Shown here: positions 55,029-64,000 of the stretch, piece by piece
Layout: each line of letters begins with the position of its first letter
Position numbering within the stretch: position 1 is the stretch's first letter
NCBI GenBank assembly: GCA_963665295.1
Contig: OY762209.1
Coordinates: 2,144,001-2,208,000, forward strand
Source of the DNA: Syntrophorhabdaceae bacterium
Lineage (GTDB): Bacteria; Desulfobacterota; Syntrophorhabdia; Syntrophorhabdales; Syntrophorhabdaceae
DNA: 64,000 nt
Direction of reading: 5' to 3'
Translations under genes and position numbers: made by a program
The notes under the pieces: generated by a model
Told to the model about the DNA's origin: nothing
The model's database searches: none
What the model saw: only the letters and a program-made list of their open reading frames with translations

Positions 55029-57344
55029 ATGAGTGACTATGCGGTAATAGGAAAACGGTTGCCCCGGGTGGATGCGAGGGAAAAGGTAATGGGCCAGGCA
55101 AAGTACGCGGCGGATTATTCGTTGCCCGGCATGCTCTGGTGCAAGGTCGCAAGGGCCCCTTACCCGCATGCGAGGATTCTCAATATCGATACGAGCCGCG
55201 CCGAGAGGCTTCCCGGCGTGAAAGCGGTGGTGACGGCCAAGGACTTCGGCGGCTGGACATGGGGTTTCATGGCGAATACCCGTGATGAATCTCCTCTGGC
55301 TTCGGACAAGGTCCGCTACATCCATGAGGCAGTGGCAGGTGTCGCCGCAATAGATGAAGATATCGCGGAAGAGGCCTGCGGCCTTATCAAGGTCGATTAC
55401 GAGGAACTCCCCGGCGTGTTTGACCCGGAAGAGGCGATGAAGGAGGGCGCCCCTGTAATCCACAATTACCGCCCTAACAACGTAAGCGTCGAATACCACT
55501 GGAACTTCGGGGATGTGGAGAAGGCCTTCGCCGACTCCTATATAGTCCGTGAAGACAGGTTCGAGACAGGGAAGGTTATTGTGGGCTTCCTGGAACCGCC
55601 CGCATCGCTGGCCTACTATGACCCTGCCGGGTATATCACGGTCTGGCCCGCGAAGCAGAGCCCCTATTTCCACTATCGCCATATCGCCGCATGTTTCAAC
55701 CTGCCCCTTTCGAGGGTAAGGGTTATCCAGCCTTTTATAGGCGGCGGGTTCGGCGGTACGAAGAACGATACGGTGGCAGGCGACCTGTGCGCCCTCATGG
55801 CATCCAAAAAGACGGGCAAACCCGTGAAATTTGTCTATGCCATGGAAGAGGTGCTCACCACGTGCCGCAGAAGGCATAATATGGTGGTCTACAACAAGAT
55901 GGGGGCCACCAGGGAGGGCATCCTCACCGCGGTCGAGACGAAGGTCGTGGCCAACGGAGGGGCATATACCGCCATAGGTCCTCTCACCATGTACCTCGCC
56001 GGTTTTGCGGGAACCCTTCCTTACAAGCTCCCCAACTACAAGTATGACGGGTACAGGGTCTTCACGAATAACCCCGTATCCGCGGCAATGAGAGGACACG
56101 GCATCACCCATACCCGGTTTGCTTCGGAAATCCAGATGGAGATGATCGCCGAGGAACTCGACATCGACCCTGTGGAAATACGCATGAGGAACGTGATCGA
56201 CAACCCCCGTCCCGGTGAGACATATCGCACCATCAATGACGTGAGCCTGAAGACATGCGGGCTCAGGGAGGCGATAGATGCGGCCGTCCGCGATCCCTTA
56301 TGGGCGGACAAGGATAAGGGGCCGAGACGGGAAGGGGCCCGGTCGTATGGCGTGGGTATGTCGGGGACGTCGTACCTCGGAGGGGCGAGACAACTGGGTC
56401 ACCAGTCATGCGGCGCCATCGTCAGGATCTGCGAAGACGGCACGGTGAACCTCCTCACGGGCGCTACCGACTGCGGCCAGGGATCGGATACGGTACTCTC
56501 CATGATTGCCGCCGAGGAGCTCGGGGTGAAATATGAAGACGTTTCCCTCAAGCGTGTCGATACCGCATATACGCCCGTCGATCCGGGAAGTTACGGGAGC
56601 AGGGTCACTGCCCTCGCGGGTCAGGCCACGAGCAAGGCGGCCCTTGACGCAAAACGGCAGCTTCTCGATGCAGGGGCAAAGGCATGGAACGTAAAACCCG
56701 AGGACATAGAGATCAGGGACAGCGTCGCATTCCTGAAAGAGAATCCGGAAAAGAGGATGTCCTTCGAGAAGCTCGCGAAGATCGCGAGTTACGAAGGGTC
56801 GGGGGCGGTCGTGATCGGCCGGGGCTATTCAGGCTATGGGATAGAACCCCTGGACTTCACTGCCGGGACCGGCAATGGAGGCACCTCGTACAGTTTTACC
56901 GCCCAGACGGTCCGCCTGGGGGTCGATATGGAAACGGGCAAGGTGGATGTTACGGACTTTACCATCGCCCACGACTGCGGAAGGCCGCTCCACCCCGTGA
57001 GCGTGGAGGCGCAGAACGAGGGCGGGGCCATTCAGGGGCTCGGCCAGGCGATCTATGAGGAATTCATCATGGATAAGGGGCGGACCCTGAACGATACCTT
57101 CCTTGACTACAAGATGCCCCGGTCCACCGACGTGCCCGGCGTAAAGGTAATCGATATCATCACCGATGACCCGGACGGTCCCTTCGGCGCGAAAGAGGCA
57201 TCGGAAGGCAGCCACGTGAGCGCTCCCCCCGCGGTGGTCATAGCCCTCCACGACGCAACGGGTGTCTGGTTTAAGGAACTGCCCGTGACGCCGGAAAAGA
57301 TCGTGAAGGCCCTCAAGGAAAAAGGGGAGTGGATGAAGGAATGA
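55029..57344 (+). CDS. Xanthine dehydrogenase family molybdopterin (large) subunit, HcrA-like
   Basis: GGGFGG, AMRGHG, GQGSDT, GSYGSRVT, QGLGQA and GAKEASEG motifs. Confidence 0.92.
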   Translation: MSDYAVIGKRLPRVDAREKVMGQAKYAADYSLPGMLWCKVARAPYPHARILNIDTSRAERLPGVKAVVTAKDFGGWTWGFMANTRDESPLASDKVRYIHEAVAGVAAIDEDIAEEACGLIKVDYEELPGVFDPEEAMKEGAPVIHNYRPNNVSVEYHWNFGDVEKAFADSYIVREDRFETGKVIVGFLEPPASLAYYDPAGYITVWPAKQSPYFHYRHIAACFNLPLSRVRVIQPFIGGGFGGTKNDTVAGDLCALMASKKTGKPVKFVYAMEEVLTTCRRRHNMVVYNKMGATREGILTAVETKVVANGGAYTAIGPLTMYLAGFAGTLPYKLPNYKYDGYRVFTNNPVSAAMRGHGITHTRFASEIQMEMIAEELDIDPVEIRMRNVIDNPRPGETYRTINDVSLKTCGLREAIDAAVRDPLWADKDKGPRREGARSYGVGMSGTSYLGGARQLGHQSCGAIVRICEDGTVNLLTGATDCGQGSDTVLSMIAAEELGVKYEDVSLKRVDTAYTPVDPGSYGSRVTALAGQATSKAALDAKRQLLDAGAKAWNVKPEDIEIRDSVAFLKENPEKRMSFEKLAKIASYEGSGAVVIGRGYSGYGIEPLDFTAGTGNGGTSYSFTAQTVRLGVDMETGKVDVTDFTIAHDCGRPLHPVSVEAQNEGGAIQGLGQAIYEEFIMDKGRTLNDTFLDYKMPRSTDVPGVKVIDIITDDPDGPFGAKEASEGSHVSAPPAVVIALHDATGVWFKELPVTPEKIVKALKEKGEWMKE

Positions 57345-57363
57345 GGTGTCCGGAGGGCCAGGC

Positions 57364-57642
57364 ATGCGCATCCACATAAAGACCACGGTAAACGTACCGG
57401 AGATACCGGTTGAAGTGCAACTCGACGCAGGCACGCTCAATGACGTGCTTGCGAAAGTATTCGGCAACGTCCATTTCGCGAAAGAAGTGACGGACCCTGC
57501 CACCGGAGAGATGAAATTCGACGGCGTCTTCGAAGTGCGCCTCAACGACGAACCCTACTACGGTCTCCCCCGGGGCCTCAACACCGAGCTCCACGACGGT
57601 GACACCATAGCCCTGTCCTTCATCCTGCTGGGTGGCGGATAG
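57364..57642 (+). CDS. MoaD/ThiS-like beta-grasp protein
   Basis: VRLN..GLNTELHDGDTI..GGG; C-terminal di-glycine. Confidence 0.8.
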   Translation: MRIHIKTTVNVPEIPVEVQLDAGTLNDVLAKVFGNVHFAKEVTDPATGEMKFDGVFEVRLNDEPYYGLPRGLNTELHDGDTIALSFILLGGG

Positions 57643-57762
57643 GATCTCACGGAAGGCCCGCCTTGTCGTCCCGGTCGGCCTTGGGAAGACGGTTGCGGGG
57701 GTATGGTATGGGGTGCGACATTGAAGATGCGTGCGCCGATGGAACCCTTCCCCTTCCCGATC

Positions 57763-60700
57763 CTACCTCTTGAACTTCACAGTGACGCTCCGGGCTTTCG
57801 TCATGGCGACCGTGCAGGCGGTCCCCGTACATCCGGAGACCGACCAGCCCGCGACGGATGAGCCGTCATCAGGGACGGCGGTAAGGGTTACGCCCGTGTT
57901 GTAAGGAAGTGAAGTCCTGCAACTCCCCGTGGAACCGGATGAGCAGTTGATGTCCCCCACGTCGCTTGTCACTATGCCCGATCCCTTGCTTACGGACGTG
58001 TTCTTTACGGTAAGGGTCTGGGGTCCCGTGAAAGTGGCCTTTACCGTCTTTGTCGCACTCATGGTAACGGTGCAGGAAGTGTCCGAAAAAGAAACGCAGC
58101 CGGACCAACCCGTGAACACCGAATCGGCGCCGGGGTTTGCGAAGAGGGTTACCTCGGTATTGTAGGTGAAGGACCCCTTGCAGGAACCGGATGAGCAGTT
58201 GATGCCCCCGGGGTAGCTCGTTACCGTACCTGAACCCTTGCTTACCGAAGTGTTCTTCACATTGAGGATCTGGGGCCCGATGAAGGTTGCTTTTACGACC
58301 TTTGCCCTGTCCATGATAATCGTGCAGGTAGTACCCGGGAAAGAGGCGCAGCCCGACCAGGAAGCGAAGATGGAGCCTGCGCCGGCGCTTGCCGTGAGGG
58401 TTACCTGGGTGCCCGTGGCATAGAAAGTCGAGCAGGTACTCCCGCACACGATGCCGTCAGGGGAGCTGGTGACCGTCCCGTCCCCGTTGTTCTGCCTTAC
58501 CCGGGTGACGGTGAGTTTTACGGGGTTGGCAATGACGAAGGTGGCAGTCACAGACTTTGCCTTGTCCATGGTAACGTTACAGGTGTTGCCCGACGAGGAG
58601 TCGCAGCCGGTCCATGATTTGAAGACAGAGCCTGTTGCAGCCGCTGCGTTGAGGGTTACGGAACTGCCTGCCGCGAAGGAAGCGGAGCAGGTGCTCCCGC
58701 AGTCTATGCCGTCGGGAGAGCTTACGATGGCGCCCGTGCCGGTGCCTGATCGGGCGACGTAAAGGGTGCAGCCGGAGGTGCACGGCTGGGATTGGATGAT
58801 GTTACCATAATCTCCCACTGCCACGAAAGCTCCGTTGCCGAACGCAACTCCCTTGAGCGCCCCCTCCTTGACCGGGAGTGCCCACTGGGTCCACGTAATG
58901 CCGTCGGACGAGGAGATGACGATGGGGAGATCCTTTTTGTAATAATACCCTACTACCACGAAAGCCCCGTTGCCGTAAGTGACGCCATAGAGCGTATAGT
59001 CGCTCGTGGCTGTCCTCTGGACCCATTTGATGCCGTCGGTTGAGGTGAATACATTGGCGCCGGTCGCCACGAAAGTCCCGTTGCCGTACGTGACGCCATA
59101 CAGCTTATTGCCGGTCCTCCTGGTCCATGCGGTGCCGTCAGGTGAAGTGAATGTGGAAGTACCGACCGATACGAAAGTCCCGTTGCCGTACGTGACGCCA
59201 TAGAGCGCCCCGGTTTGGACCGGCAGCGCCCCCAGGGTCCACGTGGCGCCGTCGGATGAGAAGAGGACGACGGCGGTGGTCGTGGTCGTATTGGTATAAC
59301 TATACCCTACTGCCACGAAAGTGCCGTTGCCGTACGTGACGCCGGTCAAGACCGTGTCTTGGACCGGCGCCGTCCCCTTGGTCCACGTGATGCCGTCGGA
59401 CGAGGAAAGGACAATGGCGGTGTAATCGCTCCATGTATTGGTACAACTATACCCCACTGCCACGAAAGTCCCGTTGCCGTAGGCGATGCCGCTGAGCTGG
59501 TTGACATGTTGGGGGGCATAGGGCTGCGTCCCCTCGGTCCACGTGATACCGTCGGACGAGGTGAGTAAAGCAGGGGGATTATAGGCAAAAGTGGACATTC
59601 CCACCACCACGAAGATGTCGTTGCCATAGGTAATTCCGGAGAATGATCCGTTCTGGGAGGCTGACGTCCTCCGGGTCCATGCGACACCGTCGGGTGAAGT
59701 GAATATGGGAACAGGGGCAGTGAAGCCCATATTGACATGTCCCACTGTTACGAAAATACCGTTGCCGTAGGTGACGCCACTAAGTTCTCCCGCGTGACCC
59801 GGCAGTACGGCCTGTGCCCATGTGACGCCGTCCGGGGATGAGAATGCAACGGCTTCAAACCCATAATAGGTGTCACCCCCCACTGTTACGAAAATACCGT
59901 TGCCGTAGGTGACGCTACGGAGCGTGCCGACCTGGCTCGGCAGCGTCCCCTGGGTCCACGTGACCCCATTGGGGGAGGTGAATATGGTGGGAACAGACTT
60001 GGTGTTTCCAGCGTTATAATTATATCCGGCTGCCACGAAAAGCCCGCTGCCGTATGTGACGCTGCTGATCCCCTTGAGTTGCTCCCCGCCGGTTTGAGGC
60101 GGCACCGTCTGCGAGGTCCACGTGACCCCATCGGGTGAGGTGATAATGGCGGGTTCTTCGTATATCCATGTACGAATGGTACGATCACACCCCACCGCCA
60201 CGAAGGTTCCGTTACCGTAACCGACGCCGAAAAGCCCTTGGTTCCGGTCCGGCGGGGTCCTCCGGGTCCATGTGACCCCATCGGGAGAAGTGAGGGCGAC
60301 GGGGACTAAGATTGAAAATGTATCATCGGTGTAATAATACCCCACCGCCACGAAGGTTCCGTTACCGTAGACCACGCCGTGGAGTCCGCTTAAGCGATCC
60401 GCCGCCATCGGCACAACCCTCCGGGTCCATGTGACTCCATCGGGCGAGGTGAGAATTGTGGGTGCGGATATGTAGTCTTCGTTGGTAGCGGACGATCCCA
60501 CGGCCACGAAAAGTCCATTTCCGTAGGTCACGTCGTTGAGAAGGGGGGATGTCTTCCCGACCTGCTCCGGCAGCGCCTGCTGGGTCCATATGGCGCCATC
60601 GGGGGAGGTGTATATAGGGCAGGAGCCGCCGACGGTGGCTTCTCCCACTGCCACGAAGACTCCGTCGCCGTGGGCGATGCTGTTAAAACTGACCTCCCCG

Positions 60701-60954
60701 GGCATTTCCTTGTTTCTCAGGACCCATTGGCCGATAGGATCGACGCCGGTCCTGAGAGAAGCTGTTCGGCTGGAAGATGAGATCTCCCGTTGCTCTTCCC
60801 CGTGAACCTTCCCGGCGGCCGCACCCGTCTGTGCCGAGCGGGCTGGAATGGCGAGGAGGTGGAGCAAGGAGAGGGAGAAAAACACGACCACCCACAGGGA
60901 CCCAAACCTGCTCACTCTTCGTGTAGTCTTCCGTACCGGGACCGACGGTATCAT
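57763..60954 (-). CDS. Large secreted/surface protein with 13 BNR/Asp-box-like repeats and 4 InlB B-repeat-like domains
   Basis: Repeated VTYGNGTFVAVG...TSPDGVTWT units; four G.G.VTS.P.GI.C modules; AAGGAGGAGG RBS before the ATG at 60954; signal-like N-terminus. Confidence 0.88.
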   Translation of the reverse strand: MIPSVPVRKTTRRVSRFGSLWVVVFFSLSLLHLLAIPARSAQTGAAAGKVHGEEQREISSSSRTASLRTGVDPIGQWVLRNKEMPGEVSFNSIAHGDGVFVAVGEATVGGSCPIYTSPDGAIWTQQALPEQVGKTSPLLNDVTYGNGLFVAVGSSATNEDYISAPTILTSPDGVTWTRRVVPMAADRLSGLHGVVYGNGTFVAVGYYYTDDTFSILVPVALTSPDGVTWTRRTPPDRNQGLFGVGYGNGTFVAVGCDRTIRTWIYEEPAIITSPDGVTWTSQTVPPQTGGEQLKGISSVTYGSGLFVAAGYNYNAGNTKSVPTIFTSPNGVTWTQGTLPSQVGTLRSVTYGNGIFVTVGGDTYYGFEAVAFSSPDGVTWAQAVLPGHAGELSGVTYGNGIFVTVGHVNMGFTAPVPIFTSPDGVAWTRRTSASQNGSFSGITYGNDIFVVVGMSTFAYNPPALLTSSDGITWTEGTQPYAPQHVNQLSGIAYGNGTFVAVGYSCTNTWSDYTAIVLSSSDGITWTKGTAPVQDTVLTGVTYGNGTFVAVGYSYTNTTTTTAVVLFSSDGATWTLGALPVQTGALYGVTYGNGTFVSVGTSTFTSPDGTAWTRRTGNKLYGVTYGNGTFVATGANVFTSTDGIKWVQRTATSDYTLYGVTYGNGAFVVVGYYYKKDLPIVISSSDGITWTQWALPVKEGALKGVAFGNGAFVAVGDYGNIIQSQPCTSGCTLYVARSGTGTGAIVSSPDGIDCGSTCSASFAAGSSVTLNAAAATGSVFKSWTGCDSSSGNTCNVTMDKAKSVTATFVIANPVKLTVTRVRQNNGDGTVTSSPDGIVCGSTCSTFYATGTQVTLTASAGAGSIFASWSGCASFPGTTCTIIMDRAKVVKATFIGPQILNVKNTSVSKGSGTVTSYPGGINCSSGSCKGSFTYNTEVTLFANPGADSVFTGWSGCVSFSDTSCTVTMSATKTVKATFTGPQTLTVKNTSVSKGSGIVTSDVGDINCSSGSTGSCRTSLPYNTGVTLTAVPDDGSSVAGWSVSGCTGTACTVAMTKARSVTVKFKR

Positions 60955-61137
60955 ACGCCCTCCTCCTTTCCTTCGTATTTGGACTTCCGGACAGCGGTTA
61001 ACGGTATAGCAGGCGCGGAGGCGTGAGGTCTGCCTGCAGAAGACGGGAAGACGCACGAAGAATGCCCTGATGGATGAGCCCCATGTGCTTCCTTTTCTTC
61101 CGGCACGGTAGTCTGTAGGCTCTGCGCGAGCTTTTGA

Positions 61138-61176
61138 TGACAGGTCAATTGTAGCCGTCACGGGGATACCTGTCAA
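61138..61176 (-). promoter_or_regulatory. Sigma70 promoter bracketed by an 8-bp inverted repeat
   Basis: Minus strand TTGACA-17 nt-TACAAT; TGACAGGT (61138-61145) and ACCTGTCA (61168-61175). Confidence 0.7.
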
Positions 61177-61520
61177 CTCATTTTCATAGGGGCAGGCCGG
61201 CCTTTGTCCTCCCGCAAGGGGAGGCGTCCGAAAACCGGTCCCTCATCTCGTAAGATCCCTTACTAATTGGTCCATGGGCAGGGGATTCCAACGTTTCAGC
61301 TCAGTGCTCGCCCCTGGAAGAAACTCTCCGCAAACCGCCTGAAGAGTCCGGGCTCACATGCACGCTTTACTGTTGCAGCGCTTTTCCAGGGACCGGTGTT
61401 TCCTGCGCATCGGACCTTTCAGCGGGAGTGCTGTATTACGAAAGGTATTCGGCGGCCGAGTCAATAATCTGAAACTGAAGGCAATTTCAGCCCACTTCAA
61501 CAATTCGGTGCACGAAAGTA

Positions 61521-61547
61521 TTAAGTTTTGCCATAACCAACCGATTA
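61521..61547 (+). promoter_or_regulatory. Putative sigma28 promoter of flagellin
   Basis: TTAAGTTT-N11-ACCGATTA; same -35 octamer as the site at 1482. Confidence 0.7.
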
Positions 61548-61807
61548 TCAGTACATGTGCAAAGAAACGAACCAAAAAAAACCAAACGAATGCTCAAGGG
61601 TAGTTACGATGCACCATAATAAAAAGGCGCACAGAGGGACGGAAAGGACAGAAGACGCAAAGGAGCGTTTTTTTAAGATCGATAGGAACGCATTCAAATA
61701 AGCACAAACCGGTTCACGCACGCAAAAGGCAGTTCAGACCGCAACAAGGCAGTTCTCATAGCAAAATAAGGGCATGATGCCCGATAGAGACAAACAGGAG
61801 GTTTGCC

Positions 61808-63295
61808 GTGGCTTTCAGGGTCAATACGAACATATCAGCCGTGAATACGCAACGATGGCTCGGAGTTTCAAGCGCATCCCAGTCGAAAGCCCTGGAAAGG
61901 CTCTCAAGCGGCTATAAGATAAACAAGGCCGCCGACGACGCGGCAGGTATCGCGATTACCACCAAGCTGAACGTGAAGTCCGTTTCCATGACGAAATCCA
62001 TCGACAACGGAAATCAGGCCCTTTCCATGCTCCAGACCGCTGAAGGCGGTATGGACCAGATCTCAAATATCCTGACGAGGCTCAAGGAGCTCTCCATCCA
62101 GGCGGCTTCCGACAACACCACGGACAGAACGTCCCTGGACAATGAGAGGAGCTACCTCGAAACAGAAATCAGCAACATAGCCCGGAACACTCAATACGGC
62201 ACCACATCGCTCCTTCAGGGCACGAAGACCCTCGGTTCCACCGGCTCCGCCCTTACCGCGGCAAACGGCATCGCCAATATCGATGTATCGAACGCGCTTA
62301 CCTCGGCGGGTTCCACCTTCACCCTCACCATGACCGCGGCCTCGGCGGGCGCCGCCACGGTTACCCTCACGAACGGCACCTCCACCCAGAGCATATGCCT
62401 GTCCGGCCTGACCGGGTTCAACGAGGGGACCGCGAATTTCAGCGCCTTCGGCGTCAAGGTGACCGTGAATGCCGCGGCTGCAACCATCGCTGCGAACAAT
62501 GGGTTCACCGTGGGGGGAAGCGGGGGGACAACGACGAAGGTGCTGGACGAAGCAGGGCTTCTTATAAATAGTGCACCCGCATACGGCATCGTGAGTGTCG
62601 ATGTGTCGGATGCGATAATCCCTGCCGGTTATTACGGCCTCGACATAGAGTACAATGGGGGTGCCGATACGGCCACGATACAGCTCTGGAACCTGGATGA
62701 CTTAACTCATCAGGATCTCGTTATGTCGAACGTGACCCCAGGGGGCGAACAGGAGCTCGATTTCACCGACTATGGCGTAAAGATGATCTGCAATCAAGAC
62801 ATCTTCAAGGCGAATGGATGCGAGCAGTTTAATGTGGGCGGCCAGTTTAAAGTCAAGGCCGTCACCACCGGCGGCTCCTCGGCCTCATCTTTCGAATTTC
62901 AGTTGGGGGACACCAGCAGTACGTCCAACCAGATATCGGCAGGCATCAAAAACTTCGAGTACGACAGCGGCGACGTGCTTAATCTCGCCGGAGGCAGTAT
63001 TGCCACGAAGACGGGCGCCCAGGCCTACATGACCAGGATCGATACGGCCATGAATAACCTCACCACCGAACGGGGCAACCTTGGCGCGTCCATGAACCAG
63101 ATCAGCTACCACGTGGCAAATCTCGTGACCATGGGCGAGAATATCAAATCGTCGGTGTCGACCATCAAGGACGCCGACTTTGCGGCAGAAATGGCGGACT
63201 TTACAAAAGCCCAGATACTCCAGCAGTCGGGGGTCGCCATGCTCGCTCAGGCGAACTCCATGCCGCAACAGATACTTTCACTCCTTAAGGGGTAA
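61808..63295 (+). CDS. fliC: Flagellin
   Basis: RVNTN, ERLSSGYKINKAADDAAG, LQTAEG, RGNLGA, IKDADFAAEM and LAQAN..PQQILSLL motifs; CAGGAGG RBS with GTG start. Confidence 0.96.
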   Translation: MAFRVNTNISAVNTQRWLGVSSASQSKALERLSSGYKINKAADDAAGIAITTKLNVKSVSMTKSIDNGNQALSMLQTAEGGMDQISNILTRLKELSIQAASDNTTDRTSLDNERSYLETEISNIARNTQYGTTSLLQGTKTLGSTGSALTAANGIANIDVSNALTSAGSTFTLTMTAASAGAATVTLTNGTSTQSICLSGLTGFNEGTANFSAFGVKVTVNAAAATIAANNGFTVGGSGGTTTKVLDEAGLLINSAPAYGIVSVDVSDAIIPAGYYGLDIEYNGGADTATIQLWNLDDLTHQDLVMSNVTPGGEQELDFTDYGVKMICNQDIFKANGCEQFNVGGQFKVKAVTTGGSSASSFEFQLGDTSSTSNQISAGIKNFEYDSGDVLNLAGGSIATKTGAQAYMTRIDTAMNNLTTERGNLGASMNQISYHVANLVTMGENIKSSVSTIKDADFAAEMADFTKAQILQQSGVAMLAQANSMPQQILSLLKG

Positions 63296-63427
63296 CAGGT
63301 GATGCGCTTTCTTTCACCGTAAACCCACACCGCCCCAAAAAGCGCCATGCTTCTTTGCGGGAGGGTGCTCCTGATTTTTCCGCTATCCGGAACGATGTCA
63401 TGAGAGTCCTGGAATGACGGCCGCCGA

Positions 63428-63515
63428 TCAACGAGCAACCCTACTACAGCCTCCCCCGGGGCCTCAACACCGAGGTTCATGACGGCGACACCATAGCCCT
63501 GTCCTTCATTCTGCT
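63428..63515 (+). pseudogene. Second copy of the 3' part of the MoaD/ThiS-like gene, cut by IS630
   Basis: 88 bp aligning without gaps to 57542-57629 (9 mismatches by hand count); translates NEQPYYSLPRGLNTEVHDGDTIALSFILL; in-frame TGA just upstream. Confidence 0.85.
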
Positions 63516-64000
63516 AGTGTACTGTCTCACTAATAGCTTTACAATTACCCTTGGCTATGCTATCATAGTGCATGTGGAATCCAGCCAGTACGCTAGACAT
63601 GACGGAAGAGCAGAGAAAGACATTGGAAACATGGGTCAAAGCAAAGAAGACTCCCCAAAGGGTGGTTCTACGCTCCCGCATCTGCCTGCTCGCGGCAGAA
63701 GGGATGTCCCATAACGCCATAGCGAAGAGGCTCAATACCTCCCGCCCTACGGTGATATTGTGGGTAGGCCGCTTCAGAGAACAGGGCCCCTCCGGTTTGT
63801 CGGAGGACGCACCCCATGGGCCGAGTTCAAGGCGCCTTAACCCGGAGATAGTGCGCACCATCGTGGAAGCCACGCTCCATACAACTCCCAAAGATGCTAC
63901 TCAGTGGTCCACCCGCACCATGGCAAAGGAGAAGGGCGTGAGCCATGCCACCGTGCAGCGCATCTGGGATGCCCATGGACTACAGCCCCATCGGGTAGAA
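63515..64000 (+). mobile_element. IS630-family insertion sequence, left part (runs off the window)
   Basis: Begins at TA followed by GTGTACTGTCTCAC exactly where similarity to the MoaD-like gene stops; IS630 elements target TA. Confidence 0.85.
63572..64000 (+). CDS. IS630-family transposase (3' partial)
   Basis: Hand translation MWNPASTLDMTEEQRKTLETW..RSRICLLAAEG..TV..W..RF..G..GL..WSTRTMA..GVSHATVQRIW..HGLQPHR; not in the ORF track. Confidence 0.92.
   Translation, partial: MWNPASTLDMTEEQRKTLETWVKAKKTPQRVVLRSRICLLAAEGMSHNAIAKRLNTSRPTVILWVGRFREQGPSGLSEDAPHGPSSRRLNPEIVRTIVEATLHTTPKDATQWSTRTMAKEKGVSHATVQRIWDAHGLQPHRVE

Noticed and set aside
61600..61680. c-di-GMP-I (GEMM) riboswitch upstream of flagellin, suggested by GACGCAAAG
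   Set aside because: The GGCAAAC/GAAA P2 stem and the second hairpin could not be built.

Overview
Chromosomal window from a GC-rich anaerobic Gram-negative bacterium. The gene content (had/oah/dch benzoyl-CoA pathway, DcaP-like porin, Xdh/Hcr-type molybdoenzyme) suggests a Desulfobacterota aromatic degrader such as Syntrophorhabdaceae; this is inferred, not proven. From left to right: a GT2-TPR gene; a sigma28-preceded c-di-GMP/motor cluster (REC, HD-GYP, PilZ, motAB, HDOD, GGDEF); sfsA fusion, MBL hydrolase and nitroreductase; an NRAMP-type Mg2+ transporter plus stand-alone MgtE cytoplasmic-domain gene behind a structured leader with an unannotated 26-aa uORF; a two-component cluster; NHL, MFS, aas, rlmB, pyrF and porin genes; tRNA-Leu(CAA) followed by a decayed island (~28.5-36 kb); the benzoyl-CoA degradation operon; radA; an O-acetylation/glycosylation cluster; a PAS-GGDEF gene; a three-subunit molybdenum hydroxylase with a MoaD/ThiS-like gene; a large repeat surface protein; an orphan flagellin; and an IS630 at the right edge. 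In the island, three direct copies of a ~76-bp element delimit cargo segments and sit at the breakpoints of a truncated integrase and a truncated RHH-like gene. The strongest novelty candidates are this repeat-delimited cargo array, the putative Mg2+-responsive leader peptide, and the surface-protein/flagellin block bracketed by two copies of the 3' end of the MoaD-like gene. All family calls come from motif recognition by eye; no searches were run.
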